Positions 38,568 to 48,878 are shown, counted from the stretch's first letter. The stretch: 64,000 bases of DNA from Minisyncoccota bacterium (GCA_032117235.1 JAULZW010000007.1:4091-68090); one strand, 5' to 3'. Notes: generated from the sequence alone by a model not told the origin. Numbers and translations are program-made.

Positions 38568-40355
38568 TTAGACTTCTATTATCACTGGAATAATCATTGG
38601 TCTTCTATGTGTTGTTTTGAATAAGAATAAACCTAAATCCTCTCTAATAGATTGTTGTAGATATTCAATACTTTGATCCTCCCCACTTTGAGCAAATTTT
38701 TGTTCAATATTCTCTTTTACCTTTTCTTTAATAGAGTCTAAAAGTTTAGTTGAAGTCTGAATATGTACAAAACCTTTAGAGACAATTTCAGGCTCTCTAA
38801 TAATCTTAGCTTGCTGTAAATTTAATAATATAACAATAGTCAAAATTCCATCTTGAGCTAAAGACTGTCTATCTCTAATTACCATTTCTTTTAAGTCTCC
38901 TACCCCTAGTCCATCTACCATCATATTACTAGCATTTACTTTTTCAGTAGTAACTCTGGCCTCTCCTTTATAAATTTGAATAACTCTTCCATTATCTGTT
39001 AGTAGAATATTATCTTTTGGAACGCCTACTTCTTGTGCTAAGTCAGAATGAGATTTAAGAGCATAAAAATCACCATAAATTGGCTGTAAATATTTTGGTC
39101 GTATTATTTCTAATAATTGTTTTAAGTCTTCTTTATGAGCATGTCCTGACACATGTACCTCCATCATTTTATAGTGAATAATATTGGCTCTTTGTCTAGC
39201 TAAAGCATCTTTTATTTTTTGTACTGACTCTTCATTACCTGGAACTACGGATGAAGAGAAAACAACCGTGTCTCCTGGTTCAATTTGAAAATTACGATGT
39301 TCTTTATTAGCGATTCTAGTTAAAGCAGATCTTTCATCTCCTTGAGCTCCAGTACAAATGACAGTAATATTTTCTGGTGGCATTTTACTAGCTTCTTGAG
39401 CTGTAATTATAGTTTGTGGAGAGAATTTAGCATATCCGATTTCATGTAAAATCTGAATATTGGTTTTCATACTAAAGCCTTCAATTACTACTTTACGATT
39501 ATATTTTTCTGACAAATTAATCATTTGTTGAATTCTATTCAAGGTACTAGAGAAAGTAGTGACAATGATTTTACCAGTGGCATTTTCAAAAATATGATCG
39601 ATATTATTCTGAATAGTCATCTCAGACACTAATTTCCCTGGTCTAGAAGCACTAGTACTATCTGAGAGTAATAACAAAACTCCTTCATCTCCAATTTTTT
39701 TATACATATCTAAGTCGGCCGGCTCTTCTCCAACAGGAGTAGCATCAATTTTGAAATCTCCTGTGTGTAGAATTACACCTTCTGGAGTTTCAATTTTAAT
39801 CATTGTAGAGTCAGGGATACTATGATTAATGTGCAAAAATGTAACTGTAAATACTCCAAATCTCAACTTTTCATTTAATTTAGCTATATGCCCATTAAGT
39901 GGAGGTAAAGTGGTAAATTCTCCCTGCCTTCTCTGCATCATAGCTAAAGGTAAAGCTGGAGCGTAAATAGGTGGATTTCCTATCATAGACATCACTTGAG
40001 AGACTCCACCAATATGATCCATATGTCCATGAGTAATTAAAACAGCTCTAATATTTTCTTCCTTGCCTTTCAAATAGCTTGGATTAGGTATAATATAATC
40101 AATTCCTGGCTGATCTTCTTCAGGGAATTTCATACCGATATCTATAACGATAATATCTTTACCGTATTCTATCACAGTCATATTCCTTCCACCTATTTCC
40201 TCAGATCCACCTAAAGGAATAATTTTCAAGATATTATCTTTAGTTTCAAATGGGTCTTTAGCATTAAGATATTGATTAGCCTTGTGACTTAAATCTTTCA
40301 CAAAAGTTGTGCCTCTCTTAATTTTAGAGTTATTATTAGCTTGCATATTAAACAT
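38568..40355 (-). CDS. rnj: Ribonuclease J (catalytic motifs intact)
   Basis: THGHMDHIG, HSIPD, HTGDFK, HVSGHA, RRPMIIP. Confidence 0.96.
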   Translation of the reverse strand: MFNMQANNNSKIKRGTTFVKDLSHKANQYLNAKDPFETKDNILKIIPLGGSEEIGGRNMTVIEYGKDIIVIDIGMKFPEEDQPGIDYIIPNPSYLKGKEENIRAVLITHGHMDHIGGVSQVMSMIGNPPIYAPALPLAMMQRRQGEFTTLPPLNGHIAKLNEKLRFGVFTVTFLHINHSIPDSTMIKIETPEGVILHTGDFKIDATPVGEEPADLDMYKKIGDEGVLLLLSDSTSASRPGKLVSEMTIQNNIDHIFENATGKIIVTTFSSTLNRIQQMINLSEKYNRKVVIEGFSMKTNIQILHEIGYAKFSPQTIITAQEASKMPPENITVICTGAQGDERSALTRIANKEHRNFQIEPGDTVVFSSSVVPGNEESVQKIKDALARQRANIIHYKMMEVHVSGHAHKEDLKQLLEIIRPKYLQPIYGDFYALKSHSDLAQEVGVPKDNILLTDNGRVIQIYKGEARVTTEKVNASNMMVDGLGVGDLKEMVIRDRQSLAQDGILTIVILLNLQQAKIIREPEIVSKGFVHIQTSTKLLDSIKEKVKENIEQKFAQSGEDQSIEYLQQSIREDLGLFLFKTTHRRPMIIPVIIEV

Positions 40356-42114
40356 TAATTATTATTGGTAAAATCATGGGTCTTCTTTCAGTTTTAGTTA
40401 ATAACAATCTACCGATATTTTCTCTAACCTCACCTTTAACATAGTCTAAATTCACTTCATCTGTCTCTTTAATTAGAGTATTTATAATCAACTTTGCCTG
40501 TTCTTTAATCTCATCAAATAATTTCAATGAGGATTCATTATCGACAAAACCTTTAGATTCTAAAACTATATCATTTATAATATTTCTAGATTGCAAATCT
40601 ATTAAAGCGATAATATGTAATATTCCTTCCTCTGCCATAGATTTTCTGTCATGTATAACTACATTAGTTAAATCTCCAACTCCAAGCCCATCTACAATTA
40701 TATCCGAAGCTGGTACTTTTTCTGGAGTAACCCTTCTTTGTTTATAATCAAAAAGAAGAACTTTACCATTCATACCTACTATCACATTACGATCTGGATA
40801 TCCCCCTTTAATTGCAATATCTCCATTAGACCTTAGTAAATGATGGGAACCTGTAACTGGGATATAATATTTTGGTCTTACAGCTTTCAACATAGCTAAA
40901 GTATCTTCATACCTAGCATAGGCTCCATATTTAGTATCTAATTCCTGATAATACTCTACAAAGGCTCCTAATTTAGCAAAATTATCATTAACTCTTGCTA
41001 CAGATCTAGCATTACCTGGTATTAAATCGGCCGGATAAACCACAATATCTCCTGTTTTAATACTAAAGGAATGATGCTCACCATTAGCTAATCTCATCAA
41101 ATGAGGGATGTCGTCTCCATGAGAACCCGCAATTAGTACTACTAGTTTTTCTCTTGAAATATCAGACAACCCACTAGGTCCGACAATAGTACCAGATTTA
41201 ATCTTAATAAAACCCTTTTTACGACAAGTATTAAATGTATTTAATAAACTTTTACCTTCAATAAACAAGTGTTTGCTATGATTTTCTACCGAATTTACAA
41301 TTTGTTGCATTCTACTAATCATAGAAGGAAAAGTTGAAATATAAATTGTTCCCGTGTTTCTGGCAATAATGGAGTCAATATGGTCAGCTATAGAGTCTTC
41401 AGTGGGAGCAAAGCCCTGTGATTCACTAGCCAGACTACCAGTCAATAAAGCAAATGCATCAGATCCTGCTAAATCCTTAATATAATCTAATAGTTCTGAT
41501 TTATCAACACTATTATTATCCAGCTTATAGCTAGAAAGATAAAAAACTTTCCCTTGCATAGTATAAACACATAGTCCAACGGATCCAATTACATTAAATG
41601 GGGTTGGGAATGCATTAACTTTGAATGAACCTACCCTAATGGAAGTATATGGCTTAATAATATGCTTTTTATATTTTATACCTTGAGAATAAAAATCATG
41701 TCTAGATTCTAGAATAGCAAACAAAGCCTCAGTTGCATAAATATGCAAATTAGGAAATAAATGTAAAAGATAAGGTACAGCTCCAATATGATCGGGATGT
41801 GGAGAAGTCAAAAACACTCCTCTAACCTTACTAATATTATTTTTTAAATATTGAGTGTTAGGAATAAGATAATCTATACCTGGTTGATTTACACCGGGAA
41901 TTTGCAAACCCATATCTATAATTAGAATATCATTTTCTTGTTCCAAAACATACATATTCTTACCAACTCCATCTAATCCACCTAGAGGAATAATTTTAAG
42001 AGATTGTCTAGATGTGTCGGGGATAATTCTTTTTTGGGAAAAATTTTTACCTTGATCACGGGAACGATTAGTACGCACGTTTGATCTAGTATGAAATCTT
42101 TTTGATTGTGTCAT
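40348..42114 (-). CDS. Ribonuclease J paralog with degenerate active site
   Basis: PLGGLDGVGKNM and RRPMILP retained, but TSPHPDH, FNVIG, LSSYK and TKYGAY replace the metal/catalytic motifs. Confidence 0.9.
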   Translation of the reverse strand: MTQSKRFHTRSNVRTNRSRDQGKNFSQKRIIPDTSRQSLKIIPLGGLDGVGKNMYVLEQENDILIIDMGLQIPGVNQPGIDYLIPNTQYLKNNISKVRGVFLTSPHPDHIGAVPYLLHLFPNLHIYATEALFAILESRHDFYSQGIKYKKHIIKPYTSIRVGSFKVNAFPTPFNVIGSVGLCVYTMQGKVFYLSSYKLDNNSVDKSELLDYIKDLAGSDAFALLTGSLASESQGFAPTEDSIADHIDSIIARNTGTIYISTFPSMISRMQQIVNSVENHSKHLFIEGKSLLNTFNTCRKKGFIKIKSGTIVGPSGLSDISREKLVVLIAGSHGDDIPHLMRLANGEHHSFSIKTGDIVVYPADLIPGNARSVARVNDNFAKLGAFVEYYQELDTKYGAYARYEDTLAMLKAVRPKYYIPVTGSHHLLRSNGDIAIKGGYPDRNVIVGMNGKVLLFDYKQRRVTPEKVPASDIIVDGLGVGDLTNVVIHDRKSMAEEGILHIIALIDLQSRNIINDIVLESKGFVDNESSLKLFDEIKEQAKLIINTLIKETDEVNLDYVKGEVRENIGRLLLTKTERRPMILPIIINV

Positions 42115-42236
42115 ATAATATATTAAATAAAATTGTTATTATTATTTTCTTTAAGAGCTGATTGTGATATCTCTGCCTATAATATAAAATTAAATGTGTA
42201 CTTCAACAGAAATCTGTTTTTTACTCTAAAAAAATG

Positions 42237-42289
42237 TAGACTCTAGAGAATCGAACTCTAATTTACTCCTGATTAGTAAAATCTGTCTA
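42237..42289 (-). ncRNA. Putative tRNA-like structured element
   Basis: TAGAC-AGAT-[TTTACT AATCAGG AGTAAA]-T-[TAGAG TTCGATT CTCTA]-GA-GTCTA. Confidence 0.5.
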
Positions 42290-42293
42290 AAAA

Positions 42294-42575
42294 TTATTTT
42301 GATTCTTTAACTTTGGCTCTGGTAATGGATATTTTACTACCTTCAACAATATTGTTTTTAACTAAAAGATTATGTACAGTTTGTGAGGGTTGTGCTCCAA
42401 CAGAAATCCAATACTTAATTCTATCACTATTAAGTGTATTATCTTTATTAACAGGATTATACATTCCTAAAGATTCAATAAATTTACCTTTTACTGGACG
42501 AGTTTTTTCAGCTACTACAACTTTATAGACGGGGGAATTCTTTTTACCAACTCGTGACAATCTAATTCTTAACAT
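42294..42575 (-). CDS. rpsP: 30S ribosomal protein S16
   Basis: MLRIRLSRVGKK..GAQPSQTV; start moved to ATG 42575. Confidence 0.97.
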   Translation of the reverse strand: MLRIRLSRVGKKNSPVYKVVVAEKTRPVKGKFIESLGMYNPVNKDNTLNSDRIKYWISVGAQPSQTVHNLLVKNNIVEGSKISITRAKVKESK

Positions 42576-42612
42576 AATTGAAAATAAAAAATTTATAAAT
42601 TTATTACTGTTA

Positions 42613-42641
42613 ATAATATCATAATTTAATGATGCTGTCAA
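42613..42641 (-). promoter_or_regulatory. rpsP promoter
   Basis: TTGACA-17 nt-TATTAT. Confidence 0.75.
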
Positions 42642-42712
42642 TATTAAAAATATATCTATATTGTTATCCTAATCTAAATAATGTATAATAATATTATATT
42701 TAATTATGCATT

Positions 42713-43282
42713 ATGAACAACTTTTGGATTAATTTTAAAAACAACTATCCTCATAGTTTGATTTTACTATTCTTTTCTATTACTGGTTTCTGGGCTGCTT
42801 TTACTATCAGTTTTGAGAAATTTATGATTCTTAAAAACCCACTTTACACCCCAGGGTGTAGCATTAATGCTTGGATTGACTGTGGTAAAGTAATGAATAG
42901 TCAATATGCTACTATGTTTGGATTTCCTAATTCCTGGCTTGGTATGATTGGCTGGCCTATGGCTTGGCTTACGGTATTATATCTTTTGACTCACAAGCAA
43001 TTATCTAAACCTTTTATGATGATTGCAATGTCAATAACATTTCCTGCTGTCATTATATCTTATATCTGGACATATTTAGCTTTCTTTGAAATTGGGGCAG
43101 TTTGTCCTTGGTGTATTCTATCTTGTGTATCAGCCACTATTTCTTGTGCTACATTAGTTGACCTTAATCGCAGAAAGGGATTTATAAAATTTCCAATCAA
43201 ATCTTTTAATAATTGGACTATTACATTGGTATCCTGGTTTGGATTATGGGCAATACTATTATATGTAGCAATTTGGAGTTAA
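42713..43282 (+). CDS. Vitamin K epoxide reductase family disulfide-bond formation protein
   Basis: CSINAWIDC..VMNS, FGFPNS, CPWC. Confidence 0.92.
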   Translation: MNNFWINFKNNYPHSLILLFFSITGFWAAFTISFEKFMILKNPLYTPGCSINAWIDCGKVMNSQYATMFGFPNSWLGMIGWPMAWLTVLYLLTHKQLSKPFMMIAMSITFPAVIISYIWTYLAFFEIGAVCPWCILSCVSATISCATLVDLNRRKGFIKFPIKSFNNWTITLVSWFGLWAILLYVAIWS

Positions 43283-43401
43283 AGATTAAAAAAGATTAAC
43301 TTTATCAAATTATCTATCCCATAGAAAAGCAAAATTAATTTTATTGTTGCTTTGTATATAGCACTTTAGAGAAATTATGTACATATATTCTGAGTGATAT
43401 A

Positions 43402-44229
43402 CTAAGGAATGATATTTTTTTGTATTAAGAAGGTGTCCAATAAAGAATCACCATCTGATAGGTTGCTGATAATAAATTGAATAGTTCCAAAATAATACCT
43501 TGATTTACTCCAAAAATAAATACTATCCCCATTCACAACATCAAGGTTCACACCACCACTATAAACGTTATCCTCCGAACCGCTTATTAAGATAGAGCCG
43601 TTCTTGTAGATTCTCCAGTCGTTAGTGTCATCAAAATCATCTACCAGAACATTCAATGTAATTGTGGTATTTATTCCTAATATAGTTACAGTATTACTAG
43701 AGGCTCCCATACCATCGTCCGTAATATCAGGATCCCACCACATTGTATTGCTAGGTGTAAAATCTGGTGGTGATAAATTTATAGCTATGATCTGTCCTAA
43801 TTCTGAACTTGGAGCTGTAACACTGATTCTGTTATTGGCTGAGTTTCTATTAACTCTATAATTTATTACACCTGGATCAGCTGGTATTGCTGCTATATAG
43901 TTTGGGACTAAACCTCTAAGGTCGACCTTTCCATCACATAAGTTAGTTGGACTTAATGTGTCTGTTGTTGTCTGATTTCCTGTATTGCAAACTTCTTTGG
44001 GTGTATCTGTTATTCCTATTGGATAACTTCCTGTCTCTATTAAATATTGTTCTAGACCTTTGTATATACTATTTATCTCTGCTTTCCTCTCTGCATTCCT
44101 TACTTGACTTATTTGTCTTGTTGGGTTTATAGCAACGAGTACTATCGCTGATAATATCCCTATCGCTGCTATTACGAGTAATATCTCGAGTAATGTGAAT
44201 CCTTTTTGCACTCTTTTAGCTTTATGCAT
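43402..44229 (-). CDS. Orphan type IV pilin with extra C-terminal beta domain
   Basis: KG|FTLLEILLVIAAIGILSAIVLVAINP, C..C loop, IPADP, then about 120 aa acidic beta-rich domain. Confidence 0.88.
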   Translation of the reverse strand: MHKAKRVQKGFTLLEILLVIAAIGILSAIVLVAINPTRQISQVRNAERKAEINSIYKGLEQYLIETGSYPIGITDTPKEVCNTGNQTTTDTLSPTNLCDGKVDLRGLVPNYIAAIPADPGVINYRVNRNSANNRISVTAPSSELGQIIAINLSPPDFTPSNTMWWDPDITDDGMGASSNTVTILGINTTITLNVLVDDFDDTNDWRIYKNGSILISGSEDNVYSGGVNLDVVNGDSIYFWSKSRYYFGTIQFIISNLSDGDSLLDTFLIQKNIIP

Positions 44230-44307
44230 ATATTTTTATTATCTTTTCTTTGTACTATAATATTAGTATTATCACCCCACCCCACGTTTTGTATAGGGCT
44301 GGACGAG

Positions 44308-46341
44308 TTATTTTGTTGATTTGGCCAGTCGTCTTAAGAGTGCATCTATTCTTGGTTCTTGACCTCGGAATCTTTTGTAAAGAATCATTGGATGTTCTGA
44401 GCCTCCTCGAGATAATATATGTTCTCGGAAACTAACTCCAATTTCAGAATCAAGAATTTTTCCTTGAGATAAGAAATACTCAAAAGCATCTGCATCTAAT
44501 AATTCAGAGTATTTATAACTATAATATCCAGCTGAATATCCTCCATCGAAAATATGACTAAAAGCTGAGCTAATTAAAACTCCTTCCTCTGTTGGGAATA
44601 GAGCCGTAGACTTATTAATATCCTCTTCTAGAGTATTGACATCCACAGAACTGAACTCTCTAGTATTATAATGCCAAGCTAAATCTAATCGTCCTAGTCG
44701 AACTTGTCTTACAGTAGCTGCTGCTTCGTGGAAAGATGATATCGCTTGAATAGTCTGTATATCCTGCTCTGAAAGGGACGCCCCTGTTTGCCAATGCTTG
44801 GCTATATTCTGTAATATATCTGGCTCATATACCCAATTCTCCATTAATTGAGATGGTAATTCTACAAAATCCCAATAAACATTAATTCCATTTAACGAAG
44901 CATATTTACCCTTACCTAAAAGACCATGCAAACCATGTCCAAATTCATGGAATAAAGTCAAAACTTCTTGTAAAGTTAATAAGGCCGGAGCCCCACCTTG
45001 TGGTCTAGAGAAATTTAATACTAGAGATATATGAGGAGTATAAGTTTTATTATCTTTAGTATGAGCTAATCTAAATTCTGTCATCCAAGCTCCAGATGAT
45101 TTACCAGGTCTTGGGTGATAATCAAGATAAAGTATACCAATATGCTCTCCATTCGCTTCTTGCACTTCATATACTTCTACTTCAGGATTATACACTGGGA
45201 TATCTGATCTTGATACAAATTGTAGTCCGTATAATTCTTTGGCTATATGAAATAATCCTTGTAAAACTTGGTTTAATGGGAAATATTCTCTAATTCGCTC
45301 CTCATCAAATTGATATCTCGTTTGTTTGATTTTATCGGCATAATAGGCATAATCATAGGCTCTTAGCTCATTTATTTCAGAACTTGCAAATTGAGATATA
45401 TCTTCAATTTCTGATTTCGCTCGATCAATAGACTTCTCTAATAATTGATTTAATAAATCCTCTACTTTGCTTGGATTTTGTAACATTCTTTTCTCAAGTA
45501 CATAATCAGCATGAGTCTCATATCCTAGTAATTGGCCACGATTTTGCCTTATAGTAGCGATTTGTTTTAAAATTAATCTATTATCATATTGATTGCCCTG
45601 AGCCCCTCTTGTATTGTAAGCTAGGAATAATTCTTTTCTTAATTCCCTATTATCTGCATATTGCATAAAAGGAATATAAGAAGGATAAGACAAATCAAAT
45701 ATCCATTCATTAGGATTATCTTTATTCTTGGCGCTTGCAATAATAGATGCTGGTAATCCTTTCAGATCAGCTTTATCGGTAATGATGAGTTTATAGTCAT
45801 TATTCTCGGCCAGTACATTTTGGCCAAATTTTTGAGATAAATTAGAGATTTGCAAATCAATTTCTCGTAATTTTTGCTTTTGCTCTTCTTCTAATAAAGC
45901 TCCGTTTCTCGTAAAAAAAGAATAAGTTTCCTCTAATAAAGTTTTTTGCTCCGGAGTGGGTAAATTTAAATTGTTCTTATTCTCATAGACCTGCCTCACT
46001 TTAGAGAATAATTTGGGATTAAGAGAAATATCATTCCAAAACACTGTAGTGATCTCTCCCAATTTCAGCACTACTTCTTGTAATTCTGGATTAGTATCAG
46101 CTAAATTCAAATTCTCAGCGATACGGTGAATATACTGTACCTCATAGGTGGAGTATTCTAAAGCTTCAATTGTATTGTTAAAATCTGGATCAGATACTCC
46201 TTCAATAGCTTTGACTTTATCCTTGGCAATTGCTATATGATGCTGAATTGCCTCAATATAATGAGATGGTTTAATCTCTACAAATGGAATAAAACCATCT
46301 GGAGTATTAAAGGATAAGCCTATCAGTGAATTGGAGCTCAT
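44308..46341 (-). CDS. M3 family metallopeptidase (Dcp/oligopeptidase A-like)
   Basis: HEFGHGLH, WDFVELPSQ, HIFDGGYSAGYYSY. Confidence 0.95.
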   Translation of the reverse strand: MSSNSLIGLSFNTPDGFIPFVEIKPSHYIEAIQHHIAIAKDKVKAIEGVSDPDFNNTIEALEYSTYEVQYIHRIAENLNLADTNPELQEVVLKLGEITTVFWNDISLNPKLFSKVRQVYENKNNLNLPTPEQKTLLEETYSFFTRNGALLEEEQKQKLREIDLQISNLSQKFGQNVLAENNDYKLIITDKADLKGLPASIIASAKNKDNPNEWIFDLSYPSYIPFMQYADNRELRKELFLAYNTRGAQGNQYDNRLILKQIATIRQNRGQLLGYETHADYVLEKRMLQNPSKVEDLLNQLLEKSIDRAKSEIEDISQFASSEINELRAYDYAYYADKIKQTRYQFDEERIREYFPLNQVLQGLFHIAKELYGLQFVSRSDIPVYNPEVEVYEVQEANGEHIGILYLDYHPRPGKSSGAWMTEFRLAHTKDNKTYTPHISLVLNFSRPQGGAPALLTLQEVLTLFHEFGHGLHGLLGKGKYASLNGINVYWDFVELPSQLMENWVYEPDILQNIAKHWQTGASLSEQDIQTIQAISSFHEAAATVRQVRLGRLDLAWHYNTREFSSVDVNTLEEDINKSTALFPTEEGVLISSAFSHIFDGGYSAGYYSYKYSELLDADAFEYFLSQGKILDSEIGVSFREHILSRGGSEHPMILYKRFRGQEPRIDALLRRLAKSTK

Positions 46342-46358
46342 GCTCTTAAAGTTTTAGA

Positions 46359-46931
46359 TTATATTCTTTTCTCTACAATTTCCCAGTTAATGGAGGAGAG
46401 ATAAGTAGACACATAATCAGCTTTAGTAGCTGGAGTATAATCAACCATAAAGGCATGCTCCCATAAATCAATTACCAAAACAATAGGAAGGCCAGCCAAA
46501 TGCCCAAGTTCATGATCAGCCACCCAAGCATTGATTAGAGTATTGTTCTCAGAATCATAATAAGTAATTACCCAACCTATCCCTCTCATACTAGCCAATC
46601 TTTTTAAATCATCAATATAATTTTCAAAAGAACCATATTGAGTTTGGATTAGGAGTGTTAATTTAGAATTTACATCTAGATTTTTAGATCCTTCAACTAA
46701 TTGAGAGAAATAATACTCATGCAATCTCATTCCATCAAATTCAAAACCTAATCTTCGCTGTAGTTCTGAGACTATAACAGTATCATCTCCAGATTTAAAA
46801 GTATTTATTTTATCTAATAAAAGATTGGTGTTTTTAACATATCCAGCATATAGACCTAAATGTAGAGCGATTTGCGCTTCAGATAAAGCAGTATTCTTAG
46901 GGATATTGAATGATTTTTCTATATAATACAT
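46359..46931 (-). CDS. Fe/Mn superoxide dismutase family protein
   Basis: HLGLYAGYV, LHEYYF, DLWEHAF. Confidence 0.9.
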   Translation of the reverse strand: MYYIEKSFNIPKNTALSEAQIALHLGLYAGYVKNTNLLLDKINTFKSGDDTVIVSELQRRLGFEFDGMRLHEYYFSQLVEGSKNLDVNSKLTLLIQTQYGSFENYIDDLKRLASMRGIGWVITYYDSENNTLINAWVADHELGHLAGLPIVLVIDLWEHAFMVDYTPATKADYVSTYLSSINWEIVEKRI

Positions 46932-46964
46932 ATTATTAAAAGTTAATTCTGTGTATTTATTATA

Positions 46965-47564
46965 CTATGTTTTATCCAAAATATCTAATAACTTTACCAT
47001 AACTTGCTTGGTTGCTCTAATATCACCAAGAGCTGTATGAGCCTCATAGTCTTTAATTTCTAAAACATCAGTTAATCCTCCTGGATTGGAAAGAGAAGTA
47101 GATTTAAATATAGGCTTTTGATCCTTACGAATTTTCAATAAATTAATTGTATTAGCTAAAACTTTAGTATCAATAACATTATGCCCTATTAATTCTTTCC
47201 AAAATAGCTTGTCTTTATCTACACTACCAAAAATATAATTAAGATAGGCAAAGTCCATAGTGATAAAATGAGCAAATAAAATAGGCTTGTCTTCAAAATG
47301 TTTTTGTACAAATTTAGTAATTTGTTGTACTAATTTAGAATAAGACACCCCTTCAGACTCGACCTTTTTTAAATCTAATTTGTTGATAGACATAGATTCT
47401 TTAGTAATCTCAGCTCCTATTGGTACTTTAACCAAGGTCTGATAATGTGCAATTTCTTGTAAATTTTCATCTAATACAATCATTGCTAATTCTATCAATG
47501 CATTTTTATGCGGATGCTGTCCAGTAAATTCCGTGTCTATTCCTAAATATATTCCTTTTTTCAC
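46965..47564 (-). CDS. DEDDh 3'-5' exonuclease
   Basis: IDTEFTG, MDF, HTALGD. Confidence 0.9.
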   Translation of the reverse strand: MKKGIYLGIDTEFTGQHPHKNALIELAMIVLDENLQEIAHYQTLVKVPIGAEITKESMSINKLDLKKVESEGVSYSKLVQQITKFVQKHFEDKPILFAHFITMDFAYLNYIFGSVDKDKLFWKELIGHNVIDTKVLANTINLLKIRKDQKPIFKSTSLSNPGGLTDVLEIKDYEAHTALGDIRATKQVMVKLLDILDKT

Positions 47565-47603
47565 AATGTATTTATAAAGTTAATATAATAATTATATCAT
47601 ACT

Positions 47604-47639
47604 AAAAACAAAAACCCCCAATTTAATGAGGGTCTTTGT
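47604..47639 (-). terminator. Terminator after rplL
   Basis: ACAAAGACCCTCA..TGGGGGTTTTTGT hairpin and T run. Confidence 0.7.
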
Positions 47640-47665
47640 AAACTAGATAAAACTATTTGATTAGT

Positions 47666-48064
47666 TTATTTTACAACAACAGTTGCTCCAGCTTCTTGTA
47701 ACTTAGTCTTCAGTTCGTCTGCGTCTGCTTTTGAAACTCCTTCCTTAACAGCCTTAGGAGCTGCATCTACGATATCTTTAGCTTCTTTTAACCCAAGTCC
47801 AGTAGCTTCTTTAACTACTTTGATAACTTGAATTTTAGAACTTCCAGCATCCTCAATGATAACATCAAAGGTTGATTTCTCTTCAGCAACTGGAGCATCT
47901 CCAGCAACTGGAGCTGCAAAACCTACTGCAACTGGAGCTGCAGCTGATACTCCTAAAACTTCTTCTAGAACTTTTACAAGTTCAGATAGTTCAATAACAC
48001 TAAGATTCTTGATTTCATCAACAATCTTTTCAAATTTTTCTGGTACTATAAATCCTTCTGACAT
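47666..48064 (-). CDS. rplL: 50S ribosomal protein L7/L12
   Basis: [26 protein letters not shown]. Confidence 0.98.
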   Translation of the reverse strand: MSEGFIVPEKFEKIVDEIKNLSVIELSELVKVLEEVLGVSAAAPVAVGFAAPVAGDAPVAEEKSTFDVIIEDAGSSKIQVIKVVKEATGLGLKEAKDIVDAAPKAVKEGVSKADADELKTKLQEAGATVVVK

Positions 48065-48083
48065 ATGATTATAATTAAATTAA

Positions 48084-48608
48084 TTATTTAGTGTCTCTAT
48101 AAGCTGATAAAACAGTTACGAGACCACGAGATACTCCTGAAGTTACTTGCAAGAATTGAGTCATTGGAGCTGCAATAGTTCCTACTACTTGAGCCTGCAA
48201 TTGTTCCTTAGAAGGTAATTTGGCAAGAGTTGTTACCTGTTCAGGTATAAGATATTTTCCATCTAATAATCCCCCTACTAAAGTAAAGGTGTTTTTAGGT
48301 GCTGATTTAGAAAAGTCATTAATTACCTTAGCTCCAAAAACTGGATCATTAGCAAAAACAACTCCAAGATTTCCTGGTAATTGTTCAGATAAAGAAAGAT
48401 TAACTCCTGTATTTTGTAAAGCTTTATTGAATAAAGTTTTCTTTACAACTTTATAAGTTGCTCCTTCTTCTCTTAATTTAGTTCTAAGGCCCTGCAATGC
48501 CGAAACACTAGATCCTTGAAAATCAGTAAAGACCATACCATGTGCCGAAGCAATAGTATCTTGCAACTCTTGCAACATTTCTTTTTTGCGTGATTTTGTT
48601 AACGCCAT
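48084..48608 (-). CDS. rplJ: 50S ribosomal protein L10
   Basis: MALTKSRK, YKVVKKTL, LAKLPSKE; start moved to ATG 48608. Confidence 0.96.
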   Translation of the reverse strand: MALTKSRKKEMLQELQDTIASAHGMVFTDFQGSSVSALQGLRTKLREEGATYKVVKKTLFNKALQNTGVNLSLSEQLPGNLGVVFANDPVFGAKVINDFSKSAPKNTFTLVGGLLDGKYLIPEQVTTLAKLPSKEQLQAQVVGTIAAPMTQFLQVTSGVSRGLVTVLSAYRDTK

Positions 48609-48633
48609 AATATTATTAGCTATATAATTTAAC

Positions 48634-48740
48634 AAAAAAGCCCGACCTTTAGCCGAGACATTATACAAATTTAGTGAAATTTATCACCGATTTGCCTACA
48701 TAAGACTTCTGTGTATACACTGCTTATGGTCTCTGGCTTA
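48634..48740 (-). promoter_or_regulatory. L10 leader (autoregulatory RNA) with alternative terminator
   Basis: AGCCAGAGAC pairs with GTCTCGGCT, which can instead form TCGGCT-AAA-GGTCGGG-CTTTTTT; promoter TTGACT-17-TATAAT at 48755-48783. Confidence 0.7.
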
Positions 48741-48878
48741 TAGCTTTGTAATTAATTATACAATAAAGTATAAATATAGTCAATATGTTATATAGAAAGA
48801 AGCCATATTGGTAAATAACAGAGGTGAGCAATTTAGAAAAAAGTAAAAATAAATTAATAAGACATATCTACTTAAACT

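Noticed and set aside
42237-42289. Functional tRNA reading UGA (code 25 or selenocysteine)
   Set aside because: One arm is missing, U33 is absent and the acceptor stem has only 5 bp. Genes here end in TGA (e.g. at 1260, 8329, 33320), consistent with code 11.
43402-44229. Diversity-generating retroelement target
   Set aside because: No reverse transcriptase or template/variable repeat pair is visible in the window.
48609-48668. N-terminal extensions in the ORF track (rplJ, rpsP, GT4 17636, 18494, 20614, 33350)
   Set aside because: They run through promoter or leader sequence or the upstream gene; the downstream ATGs match family starts or signal peptides.
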